A stretch of DNA of 64,000 bases from Candidatus Sericytochromatia bacterium (GCA_036676985.1 JAKFBU010000027.1:64001-128000); one strand, 5' to 3'; positions 49,790-59,650 are shown, counted from the first letter of the stretch. Notes: generated from the sequence alone by a model not told the origin. Translations and numbers: made by a program.

Positions 49790-50604
49790 GGCACCTCCGG
49801 ATCGAGCGTGAACAGGGGCAGGGGCAGCTGGATCGGGGCGACGGCGTCGGCCGAGAGGGTCACCGGGTGGCAGTAGGACTCGAACGAGCAGCGAGCGCAG
49901 TGCGCCCGGTTGCGCGTGCGCGGAAAGCTCGGATCATCCGGGCGGGTCTCGTCGAAGGGCTGCAGGACCTTGGTGGCCAGCTCGTCGAAGTGGGACCGGT
50001 CAGCCTCGAAGGTCGCAAGGTCGTAGCGAAACTCCTCGGGGCGGGCCCGCTGCACGTCCCAGTAGGTCATGCGCACGCGCTCCGGGTCGATGGGGCGGCC
50101 GTCGTCGTAGACGGCCCCCGCCTGAACCAGGGCGAAGCGGTAGAGCCGCGTCTGGTTGCTCTTCTCGAGCGTGTTGCGGGTCGTCTTGCCCGTCTTCCAG
50201 TCGAGGATCTCCCAGTCGTCCCCGTCTTTGACGAGCCGATCGTAGCGGACCATGAAGGGGGCGCCCGCGAAGGTGAAGTGCAGGGGCGCCTCGGTGTGGA
50301 CCTCGCCCTTGGGGCGCGCGTGCGGCGAGGCCGAGTACATCGTCCAGAGCACGCCCAGGCGCGGCAGCCGCTCGGCCTCGGCGGCGAGCACACCCTTCAC
50401 GTCCATGCCCATGGCCTGCTGCTGGACGAGGCGGTGGAAGAGCTGGCCGGTGCGGATGGCGGCGGTGGCCTCCGGGTCGGAGTCGAAGGACAGGGGCCCT
50501 GGCCAGTAGCGACTCGCCTTGTACTTCAAAGCGAAGCGGCGCGGGCACTCGTCGAGGTCACCCAGGCTGTGCTGGCTGATCCGCGGGGTCTCGAGCCGGC
50601 TCAT
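49786..50604 (-). CDS. PD-(D/E)XK nuclease, Cas4/AddB/RecB-like, with 4-Cys Fe-S staple
   Basis: CPRRF, GQLFH, RYD, LDWKTG, QTRLY, CARC-x5-C; ATGA-coupled at both ends. Confidence 0.9.
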   Translation of the reverse strand: MSRLETPRISQHSLGDLDECPRRFALKYKASRYWPGPLSFDSDPEATAAIRTGQLFHRLVQQQAMGMDVKGVLAAEAERLPRLGVLWTMYSASPHARPKGEVHTEAPLHFTFAGAPFMVRYDRLVKDGDDWEILDWKTGKTTRNTLEKSNQTRLYRFALVQAGAVYDDGRPIDPERVRMTYWDVQRARPEEFRYDLATFEADRSHFDELATKVLQPFDETRPDDPSFPRTRNRAHCARCSFESYCHPVTLSADAVAPIQLPLPLFTLDPEVP

Positions 50605-52817
50605 GACGGGCATCCTTTCGCGAGCTCGAGGACGTGGGTCGGTGCCATGCGCTCGGGCTTGAAGCCGTAGGCGGAGAGCGTCAGGTGCTCTTCGGCGCGG
50701 GTGATGCCGACGTAGAGCAGGCGCAACCGTTCGGCCACGGCCACCTGGTGGGCGGCGCGCTCCAGCGCTTCGATCCGCGGGCGGGGCTGGTCGTTGGCAT
50801 GGGCGATCGTCTGCTCGGCCACGAAGGCGTCGCGATCCCAGATCTCGACCTCGTCCAGGCGCCAGGGGAACCAGGTCTTGTCCCCGTAGTAATAGCCGAG
50901 GTTGGGGATCCAGACGGCCTCGTACTCGGCTCCCTTGGACTTGTGCAGCGTGAGGATCTCGATCTCGCCGGGCTTGGGCGGGACGAGCTCCTGGGCGCCA
51001 TGGCCGAAGGAACGCTTCTCGGCCGTGACGGCGAGTTCATCGAGCGCCTGTTGGACCTGGCGCAGGGGATCGTCCAGGTCCAACCAGTCGTCGCCCTCCC
51101 GGGTCGGCTGGAAGGGCAGCCGTCCCTGCAGGTCGCGGGCCACGGCCGCCGCCTTGGAGGCGAGCACCTGGGCGCTCGGATCCGGCAACAGCTCGCGCGC
51201 GATGGTGGGCAGGAGCTCCACCGGCGGCAGGTGTCGGGCGTCGAGCAGGACGCGCATGCGCCGGGCCACGATCACCGCGAGGGCATAGTCGGCCTCCCCG
51301 AGGCTCGCGGGCCGCGCGGGGGGCAGTCCCTCCGTCGGGTAGACCAGGCCGTCCAGCACGCCGGGGGCGAGCAGGTGCGCGCGCAGCGCCTTGAGATCGA
51401 AGAGGGGCTCCTTGCGGGCCGCGCACACGGCCTCGAGCAGCTCGACGAAGGACTCGGCCTGGCGCTGCGGGGGGATCGAGAGGAAGGTCAGCGCCCGCTT
51501 GAGCACGGCGATGACGAGGCCCCCCCCGGATTTGGCCTGCTCGGGAGCGTACACGGGCAGGTCCATGAGCCGGGCCGTGTCGGCGTAGGCCTCGCCCATG
51601 GTCCCCGAGTAGCAGAGGATGGCGACGCGGGCGTGGGGCTTCTTTTGAAGGTAGGCCCGGACCTCGCTCAGGATGCCCTGGCGCTCGTCGTCCTTGTTCC
51701 CGTAGGTTTTCCATCGGACCGAGCAGCGCGCGGGATCGGGGTTGAGCTTGCCGGCGGTCGCCACCTGGATGGCAACGGGATCGAAGGCCTCCCGGACCTC
51801 GGGGTCGGGGTGGGTGCGGGCGATCGCCACCAGGTTGTTGGCCAGTTCCAGGATCGGGCGTCCGCTCCGGCTGCTCTCGGCCATGGTGACCCGACGGCCC
51901 TCGGACTCGCAGGCATCGCAGAAGGCCCGGAAGAAGCGCGGATCGTTGAAGGTGAAGCTGCTCGTGATGGCCTGGTTGGAGTCGCCGACGCGCACCAGGT
52001 TGCCGGCCCCGCCGTGGGCGGTATCCGTCAGGAGCGTGATGAGGCGGTTCTGAGCGGGCGTCGAGTCCTGGGCCTCGTCCTCCATGACAAAGCGGAAGCG
52101 GCGCTGGTACCAGGCGAGCAGCTCCGGAGTCGTCTCCAGGAGCCGGATGGCCTGCTGGATCTGGTCGTCGTAGTCCACCGCGCGCCGGCCGTGCAGCTCG
52201 GAGGCGTAGGCGCGGTACAGGTAAGGGATCTCCGGCTGCTGGTCGCCCAGCAGCCGCTCCACCGCGTCGGGGGTGAGCCCGAAGTTCTTGGCCGCCGAGA
52301 TGGCCTTGAGGGCCGCGCCGATGGTCTTGCGCCGCGGGTCCTGGTTGAAGGCGTCGCCCTTCGGACGGCCGTAGCGGGCCTCCCAGTTGGTCCGGGCGGC
52401 CGGATCCCGCAGGTAGGCCTCCAGGTGCGGCAGGAGGATCAGCTCCTGTTCGGCGTCCGAGAGGATGATGAGGCCGTCGTAGCCGGAATCGGCGTCGCTG
52501 AAGCGCTCATAGTGGCGCTTGATGACCGAGAGACAGAAGGCATGGATGGTGCTCGAGGTGAGCCCATAGGCCGTGAGCCCCCGCTCCTGCAAGAGGACGG
52601 CGATCCGGCGCTTGAAGGTGTTGGCCGCCGAGCGCATGTAGGTGAGGATGAGGAGCTCGGAGGGCTTGGCATGCCCTTCCTCGATGAGCTTGGCGGCGAG
52701 CCGGGTCAGGATGAAGGTCTTTCCGGCGCCCGGTACGGCGGCGATCGCCATGCGACCGCCCGTGTAGGCGAGGATGTCCCGCTGAGCAGGACGCAGCGAC
52801 TCAAGCTCGACGCCCAT
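50601..52817 (-). CDS. UvrD/PcrA-type SF1A helicase
   Basis: AVPGAGKT, TYMRSAA, TIHAFC, DEAQD, VGDSNQAI, TLHKSKG, LYVGITRA. Confidence 0.94.
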   Translation of the reverse strand: MGVELESLRPAQRDILAYTGGRMAIAAVPGAGKTFILTRLAAKLIEEGHAKPSELLILTYMRSAANTFKRRIAVLLQERGLTAYGLTSSTIHAFCLSVIKRHYERFSDADSGYDGLIILSDAEQELILLPHLEAYLRDPAARTNWEARYGRPKGDAFNQDPRRKTIGAALKAISAAKNFGLTPDAVERLLGDQQPEIPYLYRAYASELHGRRAVDYDDQIQQAIRLLETTPELLAWYQRRFRFVMEDEAQDSTPAQNRLITLLTDTAHGGAGNLVRVGDSNQAITSSFTFNDPRFFRAFCDACESEGRRVTMAESSRSGRPILELANNLVAIARTHPDPEVREAFDPVAIQVATAGKLNPDPARCSVRWKTYGNKDDERQGILSEVRAYLQKKPHARVAILCYSGTMGEAYADTARLMDLPVYAPEQAKSGGGLVIAVLKRALTFLSIPPQRQAESFVELLEAVCAARKEPLFDLKALRAHLLAPGVLDGLVYPTEGLPPARPASLGEADYALAVIVARRMRVLLDARHLPPVELLPTIARELLPDPSAQVLASKAAAVARDLQGRLPFQPTREGDDWLDLDDPLRQVQQALDELAVTAEKRSFGHGAQELVPPKPGEIEILTLHKSKGAEYEAVWIPNLGYYYGDKTWFPWRLDEVEIWDRDAFVAEQTIAHANDQPRPRIEALERAAHQVAVAERLRLLYVGITRAEEHLTLSAYGFKPERMAPTHVLELAKGCPS

Positions 52818-55065
52818 GGCGGCCTCCGGCGAGAGACTCGAAGAGCCACGGGAGCTCACCGGCCTGCTCGCGCCCCTCGGCATCGGTCAGGCAGGAGAAG
52901 ACCCTCAGGCTCTCTTTGGGCAGGCGGCAGAGGGCCCAGAGGTTCTTGGCGAGCTTGTCGGCGGCGTCCGCCTCCTCGTCCTCGAAGCGGTAGGCGCCGC
53001 CCGGCCATGCGGCAGCGAGTACCCGGGCGTTGGTCAGCTCCTTGCGATCGCGCTTGAGCCAGCGCGCGGAACCCACGTCCATGAGGTAGAGGTGGCGAAG
53101 GGGGCGCTCGGAGGCTCCCTTTTCCGCGAGCTGGCTCGCGGTGGCGAGCATGACCGAGACGCGGTGCGGCTCGCGCCTGAAAAAGGGGCGCTCGGCGATG
53201 GTGCCCGCGTGCAGGAAGCGCAGGAACGACCACTCCCAGGACGTCCGGTCCGCGCCGTCCGGCTGGGGATCCTCGAGGCGCGGCGGCACGGTGCCGACCC
53301 GCTCCAGCACCGCTCGATAGGACTCGGTCAGCTCGATGAGCTGGCCGATCTGGCTGATCTCGCGCTGCCAGGCCTCATGGGCTTCGACGCCCGAGAGGCT
53401 CGCCTGGCGAGCGGGGGCGAAGCGCTGGGCGAAGGCCTGGCGCAGGAAGGCCGGAAGATCCGGGCGGGACTCGGGCGATCGCCGCGCCTCGATCCAGTCG
53501 TATAGGGACCGGTACCCGGCGCGGGCGCGGTTGGTGACGGCCTCGCCCACGATCTCGAGCTGGTCCGGGTGGTTGAGGCCCGCATCCGTGGTGAGCTTGT
53601 CCGCGAGACGGCCCAGTTGCAGGGGGTTGAGCCCCGTCTCGAGCTCCAGGAGTTCGATCCACTCGTAGCGGCCCGGAGGCAGCTTCCACTCGGGGTGGCA
53701 GAGCTTGGCGAGCGTCATGAGGATCCGCACGGCGCGATTCTGGATCAGGCGGTTGGTGCCCGCGTACACATACAGGGGAATGCCATGCCGCGTGAGTCGG
53801 TTCTGGAGGCCCCAGAGCAGGAAGGCGTCGATGGAGGGGGCCACGAGCGCCACCTCCTCGCGATCGACCCCCGCGTCGAAGCATGCGACCAGATCCGCCA
53901 CCACCGCGTCGAGCATGTCCTCGAAGGCATAGCGGTCCGACCGGACGAGGACGCCTTCGGGCAGCGCCAGGGGAGCGCCCTGATAGCCGCTGCGCACTCC
54001 GGCGTGGAGGGCGCGCGCCAGCGTGGCCAGTCCCGCCTCGGCAGGCGTCGGATCCGGCGTCATGAGGGTCTCGGTCTCCCAGTCGCCGGCCAGGCTCCAG
54101 GCGCCGGCGGGGTCGGCCCCGACATAGGCGCGCAGGCCGCCTAGTATGGGGCCCTCGGGGCCCTGGTCGGCCTGCATGGTGGCGAAGAGGCGCACGCTGT
54201 TGGCCTCGAGCGTCCTGAAGATCCGGTGCCAGCGGGGCGGAAGCTCGTCGAGCCGCTCGACGAGGACATGCCGGAGGCGATCGCAGAGCGCCCGGCGGTA
54301 CCGCTCGTCCGCGAGCAGTACGCCGTCGTAGAGATCCAGCTGAAGGGCGTAGTCCAGACAGCGGTGGCGGAGCATGTGCTCGACATAGCGGGTCAGGCAC
54401 TGTTCCACTCCCTGGAAGATCGGGGACAGGGAGGACTGACCGCCCGCACCCTCGTGGAGGCGGCGGGCGATGGCCCGGGCGAGGCCCCCGGCGTCGCCGT
54501 CATGCGCGGTGAGGGAATGGCCGTTCTCGATGCCGCGCGCCAGCGCGTCCAGGAGCTGGATGTTCTGGAGGTGCGGGGGCGAGTCGCTGCCCGCGAGGCA
54601 GTCGGAGTCGGGAGCGCGCACTTCGGAGGTGAAGCGCGTCATCAGGTACTGGGACAGGTCGATGGCGACGGCGAAGGGCTCCGCGTACCGCAGCGGCGCG
54701 CCTTCGGGTCCGGTGGAGGCGTAGCCCCAGTCCTCCAGCCGCTCGTCGACCAAGGGCCACCAGAGCTTCAGCTCCTCTCGAATGAACGCTGCCGGAGTGT
54801 GGACGCGCTGCGCGCCGGTCGGAAGCTCCAGGGCCCCAGCCGCGGTCCAGGGCCGGGCCTCGGGGGCGATGTGCGGCTCGGGGTCGCCCTTTAGGAGCGA
54901 CGTCCAGCGGGTGCGCGTCGTTCCCTCCAGGAGGACGAGCACGGCGTCGCTCGGGATGCCGGCCTTCAAGAGGGCCGTGTACCGCTCCCAGAGCCCGTCG
55001 GACAGCGCCTCACGCGGCATGCCGGCAAGGTAGGCGCTGTTTTCGGTCGGGGCGATCGCGCGCAT
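52801..55065 (-). CDS. Inactivated SF1-helicase-like protein (AddB/RecC-like scaffold)
   Basis: No Walker A; degenerate motifs LDYALQ, HVLVERLDE, RAYVGADP, EVALVAP, GIPLYV..VRILMTL; overlaps the helicase start. Confidence 0.7.
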   Translation of the reverse strand: MRAIAPTENSAYLAGMPREALSDGLWERYTALLKAGIPSDAVLVLLEGTTRTRWTSLLKGDPEPHIAPEARPWTAAGALELPTGAQRVHTPAAFIREELKLWWPLVDERLEDWGYASTGPEGAPLRYAEPFAVAIDLSQYLMTRFTSEVRAPDSDCLAGSDSPPHLQNIQLLDALARGIENGHSLTAHDGDAGGLARAIARRLHEGAGGQSSLSPIFQGVEQCLTRYVEHMLRHRCLDYALQLDLYDGVLLADERYRRALCDRLRHVLVERLDELPPRWHRIFRTLEANSVRLFATMQADQGPEGPILGGLRAYVGADPAGAWSLAGDWETETLMTPDPTPAEAGLATLARALHAGVRSGYQGAPLALPEGVLVRSDRYAFEDMLDAVVADLVACFDAGVDREEVALVAPSIDAFLLWGLQNRLTRHGIPLYVYAGTNRLIQNRAVRILMTLAKLCHPEWKLPPGRYEWIELLELETGLNPLQLGRLADKLTTDAGLNHPDQLEIVGEAVTNRARAGYRSLYDWIEARRSPESRPDLPAFLRQAFAQRFAPARQASLSGVEAHEAWQREISQIGQLIELTESYRAVLERVGTVPPRLEDPQPDGADRTSWEWSFLRFLHAGTIAERPFFRREPHRVSVMLATASQLAEKGASERPLRHLYLMDVGSARWLKRDRKELTNARVLAAAWPGGAYRFEDEEADAADKLAKNLWALCRLPKESLRVFSCLTDAEGREQAGELPWLFESLAGGRHGRRA

Positions 55066-55247
55066 GAAGGGGGCTCGCTGGGTAAGAAAGGGAACGACCC
55101 CATCTTACCAGGCGAGGGTTTGCCCGTTCAAGCGAGCGTCGGCAGGGCCTCGCGGCCATCCGCGGCGACCCGGAACGAGGTCGCCCGGGCCGGTACGAGG
55201 GGAAAGGGGCGCCACGCAGGCGCCGAAAACAGGAGACGGACGGGACC

Positions 55248-56582
55248 ATGCCGCCAAAGCCGACGCCGACACCCAGCCCCTTCGACCAGACGGCCGAGCG
55301 AGCGGCTACCCTGCCGGACAATCCCTTCCTCAAGGCCGAGGCCCACTGGACGAGCCAGGCCTTCGGCGGCATCGTCGCCGAGCTCGAGAGCGCCATCCAG
55401 CAGACGCAGGGCAAGCTAGGCGAGGCATGGGAGCAGGGAGCGCGGACGGGCTACGATCTCGGGTTCCAAGCGGGCGCCAAGGAAACCGAGGCCGAGCTCA
55501 GGGCCTTCTACGAGGGGGCCTTGACCGAGCAGGAGGCCCAGGCCGCGCGAGAGCTCGAGGAGTTGCGCGATCGCCTGCACGCCGAGCATGAGGCCGAGCT
55601 TGCGGCCCTGAGGGACAGCACCCGTCGAGAGATCGAGCGCCTCGGCACGGAGCAGGCGGCCAAGCTCGCGAACCTCGAGGACACGGTGCGGCGTGAGACG
55701 GAGCTCGAGCTGCAGCATCGCTTCACGACCGAGCTCGCCCAGGCCGAGGCGCGCGTCCGCCGGGAGACCGAGCAGGAGCTGCAGCAGCGTTTCACGACCG
55801 AGCGCGGCCAGGCCGAGGCGCGGGTCCGCCGGGACATCGAGCAGGAGCTGCAGCAGCGCTTCAGCGAGCAGCTCCATGAGGTCGAGACCCGGGTCCGGCG
55901 GGACACCGAGCTTGCAACGCGACGGGCGATGGAGAGCGAGCGCCCGACTCCGGCCGAGACGCCCGAACCCGCCGATCCGGACGCCCTGCGGCAGGCCCGG
56001 GCCGAGGGCTACACCCAGGGCCTCAACGAGAGTGCTCGCCGCTACGAGGAGACCATGAGCCGGGCGGCCCTGGAGCGTCGGGAAGCCGCGGAAGAGGCCT
56101 ATCGCAAGGGCTTCGACGCGGCGCAGGCCCAGACGGAGAAGGAGCTGAAGGCCGCCCACCAGGAAGGCTACCGCCAGGGGCTGCAGGAGGCGGGCCAGGA
56201 GTTTGCGACGACCGCCGCCGGGGTGCCGGGGCCGCTCCTGGACGAGGCGCGACGCCAGGCTTACGAGAACGGGTACGAGGACGGCCGCAGCGTGGGGCTG
56301 TCCCGGGGGCGCCGCCAGGCCGAGGCGGAGCAGGTGAGCCGGCTGCAGGAGGCCACCCGGATCGCCTACCGGGAGGGGTTCCTCGACGGCAAGCGGACGG
56401 TCGCGGACGCCGAGCGCTCTTGGGCCTTCGGCGTGTTGCACCTGCCGCCGGACGCCACGACGGGCGAGGTGAAGCAGCATTACAAGCGCCTGAGCATGGC
56501 CCTGCACCCCGATCAGAACCCTCAGCTCGCCGACGTGTTCATCAAGAACCTCAACCGCGCCAAGCAACTGCTCGACGGCTGA
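55248..56582 (+). CDS. Coiled-coil protein with FliH-like AxxxGxxxG repeats and a C-terminal J domain
   Basis: AYENGYEDG-type repeats; AFGVL...VKQHYKRLSMALHPD..LNRAKQLL. Confidence 0.85.
   Translation: MPPKPTPTPSPFDQTAERAATLPDNPFLKAEAHWTSQAFGGIVAELESAIQQTQGKLGEAWEQGARTGYDLGFQAGAKETEAELRAFYEGALTEQEAQAARELEELRDRLHAEHEAELAALRDSTRREIERLGTEQAAKLANLEDTVRRETELELQHRFTTELAQAEARVRRETEQELQQRFTTERGQAEARVRRDIEQELQQRFSEQLHEVETRVRRDTELATRRAMESERPTPAETPEPADPDALRQARAEGYTQGLNESARRYEETMSRAALERREAAEEAYRKGFDAAQAQTEKELKAAHQEGYRQGLQEAGQEFATTAAGVPGPLLDEARRQAYENGYEDGRSVGLSRGRRQAEAEQVSRLQEATRIAYREGFLDGKRTVADAERSWAFGVLHLPPDATTGEVKQHYKRLSMALHPDQNPQLADVFIKNLNRAKQLLDG
55686..55913 (+). repeat. About 3 in-frame 69-nt (23-aa) tandem repeats
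   Basis: Units start at 55719, 55788, 55857 (RFTTELAQAEARVRRETEQELQQ). Confidence 0.9.
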
Positions 56583-56647
56583 GGCTGGACGAGCGAGCGA
56601 CCGGCGTGTAACCTGAAACTCGCTTAGCTGTCTTCGAGGTGTTAGCC

Positions 56648-56911
56648 ATGCCCATGCTCGAGTTCAACCGCGCCGAACAGCAGACCCTGCTCGACGCGAT
56701 CCGCCGCTACATGACGACCAACCAGTCGCCGCCCGTGTTCCTGATGGGTAACCAGGCCATCACCGCCCTGAACCAGCGCCGGCGTACCCCCGGCCCCATC
56801 CGGGTCCAGGTGCCCTCGGCCACCGTCAACCTCATGCGCGCGGCCGTCGTCGATTACTCCCGCCACCGGGAGGGCGACTTCGCGGAGCTGCTCGAAAAGC
56901 TCCCCACCTGA
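56648..56911 (+). CDS. Small hypothetical protein
   Basis: GAGGT RBS, GC3-rich frame. Confidence 0.7.
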   Translation: MPMLEFNRAEQQTLLDAIRRYMTTNQSPPVFLMGNQAITALNQRRRTPGPIRVQVPSATVNLMRAAVVDYSRHREGDFAELLEKLPT

Positions 56912-57051
56912 TTCCGTTGATTGCCTGCTGATGGCAACCTTGGCCTGAAGATTCGTTTCCCCGGAACGAAGTCCTTGGGTCAAGGCGTTGCTATGCTCGC
57001 GTACGCTCACGCACTGGCCGGGTTCGTCCCGGGGAAGGAGGCGTTTCGCGT

Positions 57052-57789
57052 ATGCACGGCAAAGTCGCCATCGTCACCGGAAGCTCGCGCGGCATCGGCC
57101 GTGAGATTGCGCTCGCCTTCGCCAGGCGCGGTACGAGCGTCGTCCTCAACTACCAGAAGGACAAGACGGCGGCCGAGGCCGTGGCCAACGAGATACGGTC
57201 CATGGGGGCCGAGGCCGAGGTGGTCGAGGCCGACGTCAGGCAGTTCGACCACGCCCAGCGCCTCGCCGAGCGCGCCATGCAGCGCTTCGGGCGCATCGAC
57301 GTGCTGGTGAACAACGCGGGCATCACCCGCGACAAGACGTTCCGCAAGATGACGCCGGAGCTCTGGCACGAGGTCATGGACGTCAACCTGCACGGCGTCT
57401 TCAACGTCACCAAGGCGGTCGTGGATCCCATGTGCGATCAGCGATCCGGCTGCATCATCTCCATCTCCTCGATCATCGGCGAGATGGGCAACGCCGGGCA
57501 GGCCAACTATGCGGCCTCCAAGGCGGCGATCATCGGCTTCACCAAGTCGCTCGCCAAGGAGATGGCGCGCCACAACGTCCGGGTGAATGCCGTGGCCCCG
57601 GGCTTCACGGAGACGGACATGCTCACGGCCGTGCCGGACGACGCCAAGAGCAAGATTCTCACGCAGATCCCCTTGGGTGCCTTCGCAAGCCCCGGCGACG
57701 TGGCGAATGGGGTCATCTACCTGTGCGACGACACGGGCCGGCATATCACCGGGCACGTGCTGAGCATCAACGGCGGGATGTACGTCTGA
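57052..57789 (+). CDS. 3-oxoacyl-ACP / acetoacetyl-CoA reductase (FabG/PhaB-like)
   Basis: [31 protein letters not shown]. Confidence 0.93.
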   Translation: MHGKVAIVTGSSRGIGREIALAFARRGTSVVLNYQKDKTAAEAVANEIRSMGAEAEVVEADVRQFDHAQRLAERAMQRFGRIDVLVNNAGITRDKTFRKMTPELWHEVMDVNLHGVFNVTKAVVDPMCDQRSGCIISISSIIGEMGNAGQANYAASKAAIIGFTKSLAKEMARHNVRVNAVAPGFTETDMLTAVPDDAKSKILTQIPLGAFASPGDVANGVIYLCDDTGRHITGHVLSINGGMYV

Positions 57790-58563
57790 TTAGCCGCCGC
57801 CGGACAAGTCCCGGCGGCTAAAGAGAACGGCCGCGGCCACCACCCAGAGGGCCATCAGCCCCAGGGCCAATGCCAGCGATTGACCGGACGCCTCCCCTGC
57901 GGCGAGGTGTCCGGCCTGCTCCGTGACCCAACCCACCGGCAACAGCCAGCTCAGTCCCTCGAGCGCGCGAGCATAGACCTCCGAGCCCATCTGCTCGGCC
58001 ACCGGCACCAGCTGGCGGGCTGCCGTGCTCAGGATCCACGCGAGCACCGTCGCGACCAGCGCCGTCGAGGCCGGCACGAGGCACGAGGCGAAGAGGCAGA
58101 AGGCGACCACGAGCCACGAGGCCAGGCTCGAGGCGAGGAAGGCCGCGAGCGTCGGCCCGAACTCCGCGGTGCCGAACCGGGTGCTGATGGACAGGGCCGC
58201 AATCACGCCCCAGAGCGCCCACGCCCCGAGCATCCAGAGGGCTGCCGCAAGGCCCTTGCCCAGGATGATCTGGTAGCGGGAGACGGGCTTGGTGACCAGG
58301 AGCAGGATGGTGCCCCGCTCCAGCTCGGCCGGCAGCAAGGAGCTCGTGAGGGCCGCCGCGAGGAAGAGCGACACGAACTGCGCGAACTGCACGAGCCCGC
58401 CGCGCAGGGCCGCGCCAAGCTGGGCCTCGCCATTCAGCTGGACCGCCCCGGTGGGCAGGATGGCCGGGATGAGCATGAGGAGCGCCACGGCGAGAAAGCC
58501 CCAGGGCGTCTTCTGGCGCCACAGCTCCACGAGCGTCAGGCGCACCAGCGTGGGGATGGTCAT
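57790..58563 (-). CDS. ABC-2 type permease
   Basis: ELERGTI..LVTKPVSR..IILGK motif, 6 TMs. Confidence 0.9.
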   Translation of the reverse strand: MTIPTLVRLTLVELWRQKTPWGFLAVALLMLIPAILPTGAVQLNGEAQLGAALRGGLVQFAQFVSLFLAAALTSSLLPAELERGTILLLVTKPVSRYQIILGKGLAAALWMLGAWALWGVIAALSISTRFGTAEFGPTLAAFLASSLASWLVVAFCLFASCLVPASTALVATVLAWILSTAARQLVPVAEQMGSEVYARALEGLSWLLPVGWVTEQAGHLAAGEASGQSLALALGLMALWVVAAAVLFSRRDLSGGG

Positions 58564-59498
58564 GCGTCCTCCTCGACCACCCGGACGAACAGGTCCTCGA
58601 GGCTCTCCCGGGTGGGGGTGAGGGCGTAGAGGCGGGCGTTGGCGGAGGTGACGGCCTCGGCCACGGGCGGGATCCGGTCCTCGCTCGGCACGGCGAGCGT
58701 CAGCTCCGAAATGTCTCCCTGTGACACGACGTGCAGGTCGGAGCCCATGCGGGCAAGGGAAGCCGACAGCTCGGGGCTCAGGCCGCCGATGCGCATGTGC
58801 AGGCTGATGGCGCCCTCGAGCAGGCTTGCGATGGAGCCCTGTCGCTCCAGGCGCCCCTTGCGCATGATGGCCACCCGGTCGCAGACCCGCTCGATGTCCG
58901 AGAGGATGTGCGAGTTGAGGAGCACCGTCTTGCCACGATCCTTCAATCCCTCGACGATCATGCGCACGTCACGGCGACCGATGGGGTCCAGCGCCGAGGT
59001 CGGCTCGTCCAGGATGAGCAGGTCCGGGTCGTTCAGGAGGGCCTGCGCGAGCGCCAGACGCTGCTGCATGCCCTTGGAGAAGGTGCCGACGGCCGAATCC
59101 ACGCGCTCATGGAGGCCGACCAGACGCAGCGTCTCGTCGATCCGGCGCACGAGGCGATCGCCCGACATCCCGTAAAGTCGCCCCTGGTAGCCGAGGAACT
59201 CGCGTGCCCGCAGGTAAGCCGGCAGCTGGAAGCGCTCGGGCACGTACCCGATGCGCCGCCGCACGGAGGTGTCGCGCATGGCCGCGCCCATCAAGGAGAA
59301 GGTGCCCCCGGACGGACGAATGGCGCCGAGCAGCATGAGGATGGTGGTCGTCTTGCCCGCACCGTTGGGGCCCAACAGGCCGAACGTGGAGCCCTCGGGG
59401 ACCGTCAGCGTGAGGTCCCGGACCGCATCGGTCTCGCCCTTCCAGAGGCGGCGGTACGTCTTCTTGAGGCTGTGGGTGGCAATGACCGGTATGCTCAT
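58560..59498 (-). CDS. ABC transporter ATP-binding protein
   Basis: GPNGAGKT, FSKGMQQR, LDEP, SH. Confidence 0.95.
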   Translation of the reverse strand: MSIPVIATHSLKKTYRRLWKGETDAVRDLTLTVPEGSTFGLLGPNGAGKTTTILMLLGAIRPSGGTFSLMGAAMRDTSVRRRIGYVPERFQLPAYLRAREFLGYQGRLYGMSGDRLVRRIDETLRLVGLHERVDSAVGTFSKGMQQRLALAQALLNDPDLLILDEPTSALDPIGRRDVRMIVEGLKDRGKTVLLNSHILSDIERVCDRVAIMRKGRLERQGSIASLLEGAISLHMRIGGLSPELSASLARMGSDLHVVSQGDISELTLAVPSEDRIPPVAEAVTSANARLYALTPTRESLEDLFVRVVEEDA

Positions 59499-59558
59499 TC
59501 GTTGCTCCTCATGGGCTCGCCATGATACGGGCAGCCGGCCAGTTTGGCGAGTGCGTCG

Positions 59559-59620
59559 GCTATGTCAATCGAAATGTCTTGACATAGCTATGCCGATCGA
59601 CGACAATGCCGACATAGCTA
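59559..59620 (+). promoter_or_regulatory. Sigma70-type promoter overlapped by an inverted/direct operator set
   Basis: GCTATGTCAA-N10-TTGACATAGC; TTGACA(59579)-N17-GACAAT; GACATAGCTA at 59581 and 59611. Confidence 0.72.
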
Positions 59621-59650
59621 ACGACCCCTCGGAAAGGACTACAATCGATC

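Noticed and set aside
49786-50604. Cas4-like nuclease as evidence of CRISPR-Cas
   Set aside because: No array or other cas gene; it is coupled to a helicase and RecJ
55686-55913. 69-nt repeats as a CRISPR array
   Set aside because: In-frame coding repeats without unique spacers
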